Assembly (NCBI GenBank): GCA_963823655.1
Contig: CAWGMK010000006.1
Span: 160,001-224,000, forward strand
Direction of reading: 5' to 3'
DNA length: 64,000 bases
Origin: an uncultured Bacillota bacterium
Lineage (GTDB): Bacteria > Bacillota > DTU025 > MWDF01
A program made the translations under genes and the position numbers. The notes under the pieces were generated by a model. That model was not told the DNA's origin and did no database searches. It worked only from the letters and a program-made list of their open reading frames with translations. Positions within the stretch are counted from its first letter, which is position 1. Every line of letters starts with the position of its first letter. Positions 10,148-20,746 of the stretch are shown here, piece by piece.

Positions 10148-10789
10148 TTGGACGAACTTAAAGAAGAAGCCGCTCAGAGCTTCAATGAACTAACGGATGA
10201 AGCAATAGTCGAGTATGCGCGCGACGGTAATACCGAAGCCGCCGAGTACTTGATTCATAAATACAAGAACTTCGTCAGATCCAAGGCGAGGTCCTATTTC
10301 CTTGTCGGCGCCGATCGCGAGGACATCATTCAGGAGGGCATGATCGGCCTTTATAAGGCGATAAGGGATTTCAGGCAGGACAAGCAGGTATACTTCAGGT
10401 CGTTTGCGGAGCTGTGCGTAACAAGGCAGATAATCACTGCGATAAAGACGGCCACGCGACAGAAGCACATCCCTTTGAACTCCTATGTATCTCTCAACAA
10501 GCCGATATACGACGAGGAATCGGACAGGACCCTGATGGATGTTCTCACCGGCAACCATGTAGCCGACCCGGAGGAGATGATAATCAGCCGGGAGGAGATG
10601 GAGGACATGGAATCCGAGATGACAGGCGCGCTGTCAGAGCTTGAGATGCAAGTCCTTGTTTCATACCTTGACGGCAGGTCTTATCAGGAGATAGCTGACG
10701 ACCTGGACAGGCACATCAAGTCGGTGGACAATGCGCTGCAAAGGATAAAAAGGAAGATAGAGAAGTACCTGGAGAAAAGGACTAAATAA
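10148..10789 (+). CDS. sigH: RNA polymerase sigma-H factor
   Basis: SYFLVGADREDIIQEGMIGLYKAIRDF, KTATRQKHIPLNSYVSL, SVDNALQRIKRK; TTG start after GAGGAGGTG. Confidence 0.96.
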   Translation: MDELKEEAAQSFNELTDEAIVEYARDGNTEAAEYLIHKYKNFVRSKARSYFLVGADREDIIQEGMIGLYKAIRDFRQDKQVYFRSFAELCVTRQIITAIKTATRQKHIPLNSYVSLNKPIYDEESDRTLMDVLTGNHVADPEEMIISREEMEDMESEMTGALSELEMQVLVSYLDGRSYQEIADDLDRHIKSVDNALQRIKRKIEKYLEKRTK

Positions 10790-10800
10790 CTGGCTAAATA

Positions 10801-10841
10801 CGCTGTCCGGTTCCCTGATTCGAACCGGCGGCGATTTTTTT
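10801..10841 (+). terminator. Intrinsic terminator after sigH
   Basis: CCGGTTC...GAACCGG stem followed by a T7 run. Confidence 0.65.
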
Positions 10842-10848
10842 GGAGTAT

Positions 10849-11514
10849 ATGATGGGATTGCCGAAATTTCTGGTGCTGGACCTGGACAATACGCTTTACC
10901 CAAAGTCAAGCGGACTTGACGAAGCGATGAGGCTGAGGATACTTTCATACCTTGTTGTTAGGCACGGGCTTACTGAAAAGCAGGCAAGCGATGCAAGGGA
11001 ACGCTATGTCAAGATGTACGGTTTGTCGCTTCCCGGCATAATGAACGATTTCGACGTGGATATTGTGGACTATCAGGAATACATCCACGATGTTGACATT
11101 AAATCCTTCATCAAGCCCAATGCAGCTTTGAACCTCATCTTGAAGAGCGTCCCGGCCGAGAAAGTGATATATACGAACTCCTCTTTGCCTCATGTGGAGA
11201 GAGTCCTTTCTGCGCTTGGGGTAGAAAGCGGGATGTTCAGCCATATCGTCGACTACAGGGCCACAGGCTGCATCGCAAAGCCGCAGGCGGAGTCCTTCGC
11301 CTCGATGCTGGGGATCATCGGCGCAGCGGGAGAGGATTGCATAATGGTGGATGATATGCCCAAAACAGTCTGTGTCGCCAAGAAGCAATTCGGCATGAAG
11401 GGCGTCCTGGTAGATGAAGACGAAAAGGGCGGCTGCCCGGAGGCGGATTGGACGATTACCAACATTAACGATATTAAGGCAGTACTGAGTTCGATTTACG
11501 GCATTGTGAATTAA
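10849..11514 (+). CDS. HAD-superfamily pyrimidine 5'-nucleotidase-like hydrolase
   Basis: DLDNTLYP (motif I), YTNS, KP, MVDD. Confidence 0.85.
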   Translation: MMGLPKFLVLDLDNTLYPKSSGLDEAMRLRILSYLVVRHGLTEKQASDARERYVKMYGLSLPGIMNDFDVDIVDYQEYIHDVDIKSFIKPNAALNLILKSVPAEKVIYTNSSLPHVERVLSALGVESGMFSHIVDYRATGCIAKPQAESFASMLGIIGAAGEDCIMVDDMPKTVCVAKKQFGMKGVLVDEDEKGGCPEADWTITNINDIKAVLSSIYGIVN

Positions 11515-11694
11515 AATCATTTGCTTCCGTTTCCAGCAATTGAAGAAGATTGCAGAATGCAGGATTTCTCAAGAGAGCTGCTCGACAACCAGAGATCATC
11601 GTCAGCATGCAACAATCGAAAAAGATCGGGATTTGCCATCATTCCCCCCTTGTTTTATTAAGGGCCAAAGCTTAACCTAAGTGGCCAAACTTGA

Positions 11695-11726
11695 TAAAAA
11701 ATGCAGTGACTTTGGCCACTGCATTT
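11695..11726 (-). terminator. Terminator downstream of tRNA-Arg
   Basis: AATGCAGTG/CACTGCATT stem with a T-run on the minus strand. Confidence 0.7.
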
Positions 11727-11746
11727 CCACTCTAGATGATGTTAAT

Positions 11747-11822
<76 letters not shown>

Positions 11823-12113
11823 ATTAAAACGCTTTCTATATCTGCCGCTATGTTGCAGACAATAAACATTATATCCAGATAGCCCTCTGCATTCAATCAT
11901 TCTTGACCTACATTCTACCAAAAACCGCAATGCATCAAGGACTTTGACTGCCCATGGCATTAATTGGGGTCTTGTGAGTGCAGATCGACAAGTGAATGAA
12001 GCATAAAAAACAGAGCCTTCAGCAAACATGGTACTTTAAGATGCTCCATATTTGGTTTGTTAGCAGCAATATGTGTGGTGCTTTTTGAAAGGGCTCACGA
12101 TCCTCGCTATTCT

Positions 12114-12485
12114 TTACTTTCGCCAAAAAGATGAACAATCTGCCTTGTCCGCTATATTGAACTCGATAATCCTCTCTAGTAAAGCGTAATCAACTTGGCT
12201 TTCCCACGGTATGCGCATAAGCATCTTACCGTGGTCATACCCCGCCTTTATTATCTCATCCGAAAAACGAATTATCCCCGCTCTTTCGGGGGCAATTGCC
12301 AGATGATGCTGTGCAACGCTGAAGCCGATAATATAAGTGCCGTGGTCTGTAAACATTGGCTGGTTCCAAGCTATTCTCTGTTTAAGATTGGGATATCTCT
12401 TGGTCACCCAATTTAAAACCTCTTCTGTCCGTGCCCGGTTCTGCGGATTTTCGATACTGGCCAGATATTCTGCAAAAACCTCCAT
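12114..12485 (-). CDS. YdhG/DUF1801 family (frataxin-like iron chaperone) protein
   Basis: [30 protein letters not shown]...[22 protein letters not shown]. Confidence 0.88.
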   Translation of the reverse strand: MEVFAEYLASIENPQNRARTEEVLNWVTKRYPNLKQRIAWNQPMFTDHGTYIIGFSVAQHHLAIAPERAGIIRFSDEIIKAGYDHGKMLMRIPWESQVDYALLERIIEFNIADKADCSSFWRK

Positions 12486-12799
12486 AATGCCCTCCTTAGA
12501 ACCACTGCTAACTCAGGCACAAATATGTGCCTGTTAGGGGGATATCGAACAAGTAGCCGAAATTTACTTTCGGTTCGCATCAAGGATTCTCCTTCATTTA
12601 TTGGCAGTTGGTTACCGGATATGAAGTCCAGGTCCAAAACCCCGGAAAAATGATTCGAGATGTGCGAAACTCCCTCAAACCGATTATAATGTAAGGAATA
12701 TTTTGACCAGTCTTAAAACGAATAAGTAGACGGCCAGGCAGGGAATATTTATAGGGAGATTGCAGAAACGGCCTGGATCGACTGAAAGAAGGTGGATTA

Positions 12800-13348
12800 A
12801 TGAGAGACAGAGCATTAGCAGTCCTGAGGCAATATAACAAGAGCGAATCGCTTATAAAGCACGCTTTTGCGGTAGAGGCCGTAATGCGGCATTTTGCCAA
12901 GAAGGCAGGCGAGGACGTCGAGTATTGGGGTGATGTAGGCCTCCTTCACGATGTGGATTACGAAATGTACCCCGATGAGCATTGCAAAAAGACACCTGAG
13001 TTGCTGAAATCGGCCGGTTATGACGATGCATTCATACATTCGGTAATCAGCCATGGACATGGCATTGTCGTAGATGCCAAGCCAGAGCTCTACATGGAAA
13101 AGGTGCTGTTTGCCGCCGATGAACTGACCGGCTTGATTGGAGCTGCGGCCCTTATGCGTCCCTCGAGGTCCGTAATGGATATGGAAGCCAAAAGCGTAAA
13201 GAAGAAGTTCAAGGATAAGAGCTTTGCTGCCAGCGTTAATAGGGAAGTTATACTGCAAGGGTGCGAAGACCTTGGAATTGAACTGGATTCACTGATCGAG
13301 GAATGTATTATCGGGATGAGAACCGTAGCCGTTGCGATAGGACTCTAA
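12800..13348 (+). CDS. HD-domain (HDIG) hydrolase
   Basis: LIKHAFAVEAVM, GLLHDVDYE, LFAADELTG, KKFKDKSFAA. Confidence 0.9.
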   Translation: MRDRALAVLRQYNKSESLIKHAFAVEAVMRHFAKKAGEDVEYWGDVGLLHDVDYEMYPDEHCKKTPELLKSAGYDDAFIHSVISHGHGIVVDAKPELYMEKVLFAADELTGLIGAAALMRPSRSVMDMEAKSVKKKFKDKSFAASVNREVILQGCEDLGIELDSLIEECIIGMRTVAVAIGL

Positions 13349-13918
13349 GGCGCCTTAGTATAGTAAAAATACGATGGTTTCGCCGATATGCCCCCTTAAC
13401 CAGGCAGCAGAACAAACTGGCTGATCTAGGGGGCATTGTTATTGAAAAACTAATGCTGAGCATGCGTTATTCAAAGCTGGTCGTATGCGCGATGTTGAGC
13501 AGCGTCTTTTAATAATGCTCCACGAGTGTAAAGATAGCAGCAAATGTCTTTGTACTGTCCGGAAAAGGCCAATTCGACTTCAATCGGCAACTGCCGATGT
13601 CATAAGGCGATTTAAGTTGTAGGGAATTCTCCGATCTCCAGCCCGGACAGAAGGGCTAATGCTGCGACAATTATAAAGACAGCAACAAGGACAATCTTGG
13701 CAATTTTCAAGCTTCCTTCCCCCTAAATATTCGTATCTAGAAAGCAGACCGGCAATAAGGATGGAATGGAGCGAATATCTCATTATTCCCTCACGCATGA
13801 CAGCTAGAATACAGCAGCATCATCCGCTTTGGAATGAAAGCACGTCCGCCCCTATCTTTCCTTCTGACAGCATGTATTTGATGTAGCACAGCTGCCTGCT
13901 CAGATTGATACCAAATAG

Positions 13919-14257
13919 CTAAATGGTCAACAGCTTCTGGTCCTCTTTCAGGATTTTCGTTAAGCCTTCGCCCCAGTACTTAAGCTCTATTCCGAGGCTT
14001 TCCAAGATATTCGATACACCCAGGCCGTCCGCGCATGCCTTACATGCGGAAATTTCCACTCCTGCTTCCTGCAGCTCCCTTATGCCCTCCTGCACCATGC
14101 CTGACTCGGCCGTCAAAGAAGCTGTACGCCCCCAGATGATAATCGTCACTTTTCCCCACCAGTTTTTCCGGAGCGAATTTACGGCATACATTCTAACCAT
14201 CTTGTCGAAAGTGACTTCATCTGCGTTTGTCCAAAGGATTACCAACTCATTGCTCAT
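13919..14257 (-). CDS. DsrE-family protein
   Basis: LVILWT...MYA.NS....WW..V.IIIWG...ACKACAD. Confidence 0.85.
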   Translation of the reverse strand: MSNELVILWTNADEVTFDKMVRMYAVNSLRKNWWGKVTIIIWGRTASLTAESGMVQEGIRELQEAGVEISACKACADGLGVSNILESLGIELKYWGEGLTKILKEDQKLLTI

Positions 14258-14442
14258 GTTGCCTCCTATTTTTAACTACTCCGTTTGGTATGATTCTTCC
14301 CATTGTAGTTCCAGGTGTCAAGCGGCGTTCACTAATCGATACTCATTTAAGCAAGATATTTCAAGAAACGACAGTCAGCCCAATAAAGGATAAGAGCGCT
14401 TGCTCTTGAAAGAGTAAGTATTATCGGTGAAGGGGTGAGCTT

Positions 14443-15094
14443 ATGAGGATATCCAGGTTTATGCTTATTGTTGTGTTAATCTGCTTCTCGCTTTTGCTAA
14501 CCGGATGCATGAAGACATGGTCGGTAGACTTCACTCGTGTTGCTGACATCGATGACTGGTACTATAACGACTTCGGAACCAAGACCCTAATAGAAGACGA
14601 AGGACTGCGAATATTTGGAAATGGCAGCGTAGGGACCCCATTCGCCTTTAGCGGGGACTTCGAGGCCACGTTAACATTCACGCTAAACACTGATTTGGAG
14701 AATACTGCCTGGTTGTTCCTATATCCAGGAGACAGCAACATATGGGATCCCGACAACCACCTTTATATAGAATTCGATGGAATTGGGGATATGGGATCCG
14801 AAGGCATCGATATTGCGGATGTCGGCGAATTTACGTACATTGATGCAATAAATCTTGACGATACAACGATACCGCATATTCAGCGTATCGGGGAGAACAA
14901 GCTAATAATCAGGAAGACCGGCAGCCTTATGGAGATCTTGATCAACGACGGCCTGATTGTCGACTTCACCCTGGTTAAATGCGAAGCGCAGCACTTCTAT
15001 CATCAATTTTGGCACAAAGCTTTACAACTCAGCGGATTTCGTTTTTACGAGCATCAAGGTCAAATATTCTGGGGAGAAAATTGGGAACCTTTAG
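14443..15094 (+). CDS. Lipoprotein of unknown function, beta-rich (paralogue of 27576-28214; +1 frameshift at ~15001)
   Basis: Lipobox LTGC; WSVDFT...IDDWY; removing one base at ~15001 restores INFGTK...FTSIKVKYS, which aligns with the paralogue C-terminus. Confidence 0.75.
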
Positions 15095-15232
15095 TCGCGG
15101 CCTGATGATTGAAAGGATAGACTGGTCCCATAAAGCAGGCTAGCTGAACAATTCGACAACGAAAGTGGTAAAATACAGGCATGTTGGCTTTTCGGGCTGC
15201 ACAATGGCTTATTGACTAGAAAGGTAATCACA

Positions 15233-15751
15233 ATGAACGAAATTGATAGGGCGAAGCTGATAAAAAGGGCATTTGATACTGGATTTGATTATGAGAAGAA
15301 TTACAGAGGATGCGCACAATGCACGTTGGCCACATTCTTCGACATTACCGGGCACACCGAACCTGCGCTTTTCCAGGCCGCCAGCGGATTGTCGGCCGGT
15401 ATTGGAATTAATGGGGACGGATCCTGCGGCGGATATACGGGAGGCGTGCTCTTCATGAGTTCGCTCATCGGGAGAAGGCTTGATCGTATACCAATAGACA
15501 AGGACAGGCCCGCCCAGCTTAAATCATATGAAATGGCGCAGAAGCTGCATGACAGGTTCGTTGAGACATATGGAAGCGTCACTTGTGCTGACATCCATAA
15601 AAAGATTTTCGGCAGGTCCTATTGCCTGAGGGAGCCCGGTGTATCGGAGGCATTCGAAGAGGCCGGCGCACATGTCGATAAGTGCACAACTGTAGTGGGG
15701 AATGCATGTTCATGGGTCGCTGAAATACTGATTGATGAGGGATTGCTCTAG
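15233..15751 (+). CDS. C_GCAxxG_C_C family putative redox protein
   Basis: GCAQC, GSCGGYTGG, GSVTC, KCT. Confidence 0.88.
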   Translation: MNEIDRAKLIKRAFDTGFDYEKNYRGCAQCTLATFFDITGHTEPALFQAASGLSAGIGINGDGSCGGYTGGVLFMSSLIGRRLDRIPIDKDRPAQLKSYEMAQKLHDRFVETYGSVTCADIHKKIFGRSYCLREPGVSEAFEEAGAHVDKCTTVVGNACSWVAEILIDEGLL

Positions 15752-15914
15752 GGTTCACACGATAACCAATCTTGGGGCTTCCGGATGTCGGTTTGCGCAT
15801 ATATCCAAATGGGAAGTCAGAGGCTGGCAGATTGGCGAGGTATATCGTCAATACTGCCAGCTTCTACTTTGCTCCTAATATGTTTTGCGAGGCATCCTTA
15901 GTCTTGTCCGGAAC

Positions 15915-16748
15915 TTAGATCTTCTTCAGCAACATCCGCCTGCACATGGACTTTATCAGCATCAATAGGGGAATAGCCCCGATATAGGCTGCAAGCGCCA
16001 AGTTGCTTGGTATGAGGATTAACCCCTCATCCAGGAATGTTCTCGCCGCCTCTACGCTATAAAACTGCCGTCTGAGCACTTCCATAAGGAAAATATACGC
16101 AATGCCGAACGCAAGAGGCAGAAGAAAAGCCCAGTTCCTCTTCGAAGTAGTCAGGGACTTGGCTAGAGGAATGAGCAAGAAGGAGATGAGCAGGAAAAGC
16201 ACTATCATGCTGATTTCGATCTTCACGTTGAAGAACCCGTTTTCCGTGTTTTCAAGCCAAATCGCGAGGTTCGTAAACAAGACGAACACTGAAAGGAATA
16301 CTCCGCTGTCGAAGAGGTTCAGCAGAAAGAAGCTTGATGGCTTAGCGAATGAGCTGATTATTTCATCTGCAAATGACTGGGGGTTAATGATCACATCAGC
16401 AACGGATCTGCCCGCTTTCTGGGCCGTTATCAGCATCTCGAGGACATCATCAGTTACGTCTTTTTTTAAGCCGGATGGAAGCTGCGATAGCGCTATGGCA
16501 TCCTTGACTAACTCGTATTCCCGATAGAAATCTAAGTCAAGTAATCTTTCGTCCCTGTTCTTTCGCACTTTCATGAAGTACACGTATAGTATCGAGGCAA
16601 GGCTAATGAGAATCGCCGAGATAGTCACTATTAGACCCGAAATCTGTGCAGAGCCCTTTGAACTCAGCGCCCAGATTAATGAGGTGGCAGTAACGCAAAG
16701 ACCGAGCAGGATTGCACTGAAGAAGACAACTTTACTCCGATAAGTCAT
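15915..16748 (-). CDS. PadR-associated membrane protein (DUF1048-like soluble segment)
   Basis: About six TM segments flanking DVLEMLITAQKAGRSVADVI..PQSFADEII; overlaps the padR stop. Confidence 0.7.
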   Translation of the reverse strand: MTYRSKVVFFSAILLGLCVTATSLIWALSSKGSAQISGLIVTISAILISLASILYVYFMKVRKNRDERLLDLDFYREYELVKDAIALSQLPSGLKKDVTDDVLEMLITAQKAGRSVADVIINPQSFADEIISSFAKPSSFFLLNLFDSGVFLSVFVLFTNLAIWLENTENGFFNVKIEISMIVLFLLISFLLIPLAKSLTTSKRNWAFLLPLAFGIAYIFLMEVLRRQFYSVEAARTFLDEGLILIPSNLALAAYIGAIPLLMLIKSMCRRMLLKKI

Positions 16749-17070
16749 TTATTTCTGCCTCCATCACGTTATTTACGATGATCCTGAACCTAAGCCAGCT
16801 TTCTTTGAACTCTGCCAGGCTCTTCTCTCCTTCTTTGGTGAGCGAGAAGTACTTCCTGTCCGGGCCAAGCGGCGAGGGCCTTCTTTCTGCTTTGAGAAGC
16901 CCCTTATTCTGAAGGCGCAGCAGGATGGGGTAGACGGTGGCTTCATTTACATCGAATCCCAGCTCCCTGATAATTTCAACGGCCCTGTAACCGTACATTT
17001 CCGAGCTGCTTAGCACTTTTAAGATGCAACCTTCAAGTATGCCCTTCATAAACTGCGTATCGTTGTACAT
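16732..17070 (-). CDS. PadR-family transcriptional regulator
   Basis: TQFMKGILEGCIL, YGY, EATVYPILLRL, GPDRKYFSLT. Confidence 0.92.
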   Translation of the reverse strand: MYNDTQFMKGILEGCILKVLSSSEMYGYRAVEIIRELGFDVNEATVYPILLRLQNKGLLKAERRPSPLGPDRKYFSLTKEGEKSLAEFKESWLRFRIIVNNVMEAEINDLSE

Positions 17071-17081
17071 CCGACCAACTC

Positions 17082-17139
17082 CTATGTATTGCATAGTAGA
17101 CGACTTAATAATAGCACTCTACTATGTAATGTCAAGTAG
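17082..17139. promoter_or_regulatory. Two palindromic putative PadR operators
   Basis: CTATGTATTGCATAG (17082-17096) and CTACTATGTAATGTCAAGTAG (17119-17139) immediately upstream of padR. Confidence 0.6.
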
Positions 17140-17189
17140 CGGATCAAAAGAAACCAATAACCAATTAGAATCAAGCTCACACGCATAAA

Positions 17190-18439
17190 AAAGGCGGACA
17201 CTGCCAAGGTCGAGTATTGCGCAAAGATACGCCTTGTTGTTGCCATACGCAAGCTCAGTGACATCACAAAGCCATTTCTCATTGCTCCTCTGGTTTTGAA
17301 CCTCCTGTCCTAGATGTTCTCGGCCAAGACTTGCGGAGTGAGAGTAAGCGTAGATCTTGCGTTTGATACGGATCACGGCCTTGATGCCAACATACGCGCA
17401 TCAACCTTCTGATGCGTTTGGGATTGTATCGCTTTGCTCCTTTGCGGTTGAGTAGCCATCGTGATACGACGGTATCCGTAGATGCCGTTAACGGAGTGAT
17501 AGATTGCTAAAATGCTGGGGATAAGCTTCTCGTTCTCTAGCTCAAGCCTGCTGGGCTTGCGCTTGGCCCAATGATAGTAGCCGGAGCGAGATATGTTCAA
17601 CAGCTGGCACAGACATGATTACAGGATATCCCTTTTGGGTGATTGAGCTCCTTTATCGCTTTGTATTGTCCTTCAAGCCGGACAGCGCTGAGCCATACCC
17701 CCTTTCTATTTCGCGGACTTTTTTTAGCAGGTCATTCTCCATCTGTAAGCGGTAATTCTTGGCTTCAAGTATCTTGTTCTCGGCCTTGAGCTTCTCAAGC
17801 TCTGTCATGTCCTCAATTGCCTTGCCTTTGCCTCTCGTATCCTTAAGCCCGGCCAAGCCTCTTGCTTCGTACTTCCTTACCCAGCTGTAGATCTGGGCGT
17901 AGGATACTTTGAATTCCTTGGCCGTAAGTATGTAGTTATGGTCGTTCTCAAGGCAAAAGGCTACAATCCCGACCCTTTCCTCCAAGGTCGTCTTTCTTCC
18001 TTCGGTCATGTGGACGCTACCTCCCGGACATACTTTGCGTGCGCCTCTATGACCATTATTGTATTCTATGACCCATCTTGAAACTATTGATCTTTCGAAG
18101 CAATGCTGTACTTTATTGCAAGGTCGGCTGAAGAGCCTTCACCTGCCAGGTACTCCCTTAACTACCTTGTCCTTGAATTCTCTTGTGTACCTCTGATGAG
18201 TTATCCTCCTTAAGATAGAAAACCTCACCTTTGGCATAGTAACACTGCATAAGCGCTCGTAAAGTACTACAATTTATACCATGAGTCTCTCGAAATGCTT
18301 TCTCCTAGATTCCCCTTCTAAACATCTATTGATGATATCCAATCTTGCTTCGTTAGATAGCTTTCCGAGCTTTGACATAAGAATACTCCCCCCTGGACAG
18401 TTTGTTTATTTCACTGTCCACTTCGGGGGGAGCATATCA
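17190..18439 (-). mobile_element. Degenerate, 3'-truncated IS3-family element
   Basis: Left end TGATATGCTCCCCCCGAAGTGGACAG at 18439; orfA HTH fragments (KVSYAQIYSWVRKYE...ENDLLKKV), A7G slippage site at 17718-17725, orfB fragments (SRSGYYHW, YGYRRIT, NEKWLCDVTE...YLCAILDL); no right end found. Confidence 0.9.
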
Positions 18440-18453
18440 TGAAGTGCCGCCCA

Positions 18454-20345
18454 TTAAGAATCTATTCGCTGTTTTAATTTCTCGGAAGCTTGACTGTGCC
18501 ACCTCCAGGAGGAAGGAACTGGCCGCCTCCGGCTTTTCCGCCCGGGCCTCCCCTGGCTGATGACACCTGTTTCCGATATGGCGCTTACCATGCCGGCGAT
18601 CGATACATCGACGATTTTATTACTGCCTGCATAAAGCGTATATGAAGACCCAATGGCCAAATCCTTGGTTGAAATAACTACAGATGAGTAGCTTTTCGAG
18701 GGTGTAAAGCTTGCGATCTGCTTGCCTGTGGAGTCCTTTAAGTAAAGAGTAGTGCCGGCCGACTGGGAAGTGCCATAGTACATCAATATCGATGGTTGAG
18801 TAGAGCCTGAGCTGGGCGCCTGTGCCATTCCGGAACTTCCCGAAGCGATTAATATCCCGCCGCTTATCATAAACTTCCCGTTGTAGTCCACGCTGCCGTT
18901 CATATTTGCCGTTGGCCCATCAACATATACCACGCCGCCCGTCATTTCAATGTTTCCATTAGAGTCAAGGCCATCCCCGTCTGCCACTATGGAAACGCTC
19001 CCTTTGCTTATTGCCAGCAGGCCGCTATTCTGGTTGACGTTGATCCCATCATCCGATGAGACAATGCTGACTTCTCCTCCATTGATGTTTATATGGGCTG
19101 CCTCAAGGCCCTCATAGGAGTTTTCGATGTCTATTTGTCCGGCATTTATCGTAATGCTATTGTCGGCATGCATGGCATCATCACCGCTTTGAATGCTCAA
19201 ATCGCCTCCGTTAATAATGATCTCGTCATTGCTATGTATTGCATCGTCATATGAAGATAGCTTAAAGACACCTCCTGCGATGATCACTTTTCCGGTAGAT
19301 TTAATGCCCTTCTTGCTCTCTTCAACCGCCTGAGCGTTGGACTGCGCTGTACCGAATGCCTGGCCGGCAACCCTGCCGAAGCCTTCGTTTCCGCTGCTGA
19401 TGCTCCTTCCGGGGTAGCCGCCCCCTGTTGCGATGTCGAACTTGCCATCTTCTATGCTGAGCACGTTGTACGCCTGTATGCCGTCATTGGCCGCTTTTAT
19501 CGTGAAAGCGCCATTATGTATTGTTACATTCCCCTTTCCTTCTTCCGTATCATTGGTAGCGCGAATTCCATCCTTGCCGGCGGTAATTGTTAACGTGCCA
19601 TCCATGATTTCTACTTTGTCCTTGCCTACTATTGCATCCGAGGCCGCGTCGATTGTAATATTGCCCCCGGTTATCATTAAATCGTCTCTGCTCGTTATAC
19701 CGTCATTGTAAGAGGTCTTCACCATCAGGGATCCGCCTCCGCCGATAGTCAGGTCCGCTTTGCTGAAGATTGCCGCAGTGGGTTCTTCATCTTCGTTTAT
19801 TTTCACCCTGCTGCCCTGTGTAATGCTGTTTTCGGAGGCGTCGGCAAGCACGAGCATGACTTCTTTGGCCTCAGATATGTATATTGGGGAGCTGGTTTCG
19901 CTATTAATCTGAACTCCGTTTAATACGACTTTGACGAGACCCTTATCAACCGATTTATCCACATTAATAAGAATGCTGCCATCTGTAAGGGCGCCAGTAA
20001 TCTCGTATTCGCCGGAAGCTGCAATCGTTATGATTGAACCCCTTATAGTTACTCCGGGTCCGTTTGAGCTTGCTGTATCCCCGCTCAGCTTGATTGCTAC
20101 GCTACCTATGCCATGTGAGCTGATTGCATCTGCTCCTGATCCGTTGCTTTCGACATTACCGAGATCTGCGGTAGTATCAATGTCAGCTGTAGAGGTTTCG
20201 TTTCTACGAAAATCTGGCCATCGGCCATACCTGTGGCAGATGTACAGCCGGTTAGCAGGCTCGCGCCTAATAGTGCTATCATTGCGACTGTGACTGGTCT
20301 GTTCTTTTGCATCCGTTCAAAAGCTAAAAATCCGAAAATATCCAT
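18454..20345 (-). CDS. Cthe_2159/DUF4353 carbohydrate-binding beta-helix lipoprotein (frameshift at ~20210 and probably near the C-terminus)
   Basis: Lipobox LTGC in ORF 20106-20345; repeated DGI/DAIH/SYEGLEA/DGLDSNG coils, AAIFSKADLTIGGGG, GSSGMAQAPS. Confidence 0.85.
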
Positions 20346-20414
20346 TCGTTTGTCTTCCTTTCAGATCTGATCCATGCCTTGCTTCAGGCTTTCAAAATCA
20401 TAGTAATAAACGGA

Positions 20415-20453
20415 TGTTACAGCAGTGTTACAGGAATGTTAACTCCTGTTGAG
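20415..20453. promoter_or_regulatory. Tandem 11-bp-phased direct repeats (OmpR/PhoB-family binding site-like)
   Basis: TGTTACA 20415, TGTTACA 20426, TGTTAAC 20437, TGTTGAG 20447. Confidence 0.55.
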
Positions 20454-20746
20454 ACTCGGTTATTTTGCTCTAGCTGACAACTGACATGGCATCTGACAAT
20501 AGCGGTACATTTTATTGCAAATACTCAATAAGAAGTCCTGTCAAGCTGGGTGGTTGTGCCAAGCCAAAGGCAAATCTTGCTGGCTCTTACTGTCGAAAAA
20601 GAAGGAATTGCGAGAAGGGTGTATAATTACCTATATACAGGGAAATCCAGTTAACGAGCTTGCCGTGTATTCAGACGGGTGCAGTGTTGTGATTGCCCCA
20701 AAATTGGGATAAGCTTGCTATTAAGAAAAGAAGGAGGGGATATTTG

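Noticed and set aside
11517-11642. Short minus-strand ORF with a good RBS and an ISGC lipobox in another frame
   Set aside because: Too short and unsupported; at best a decayed gene start
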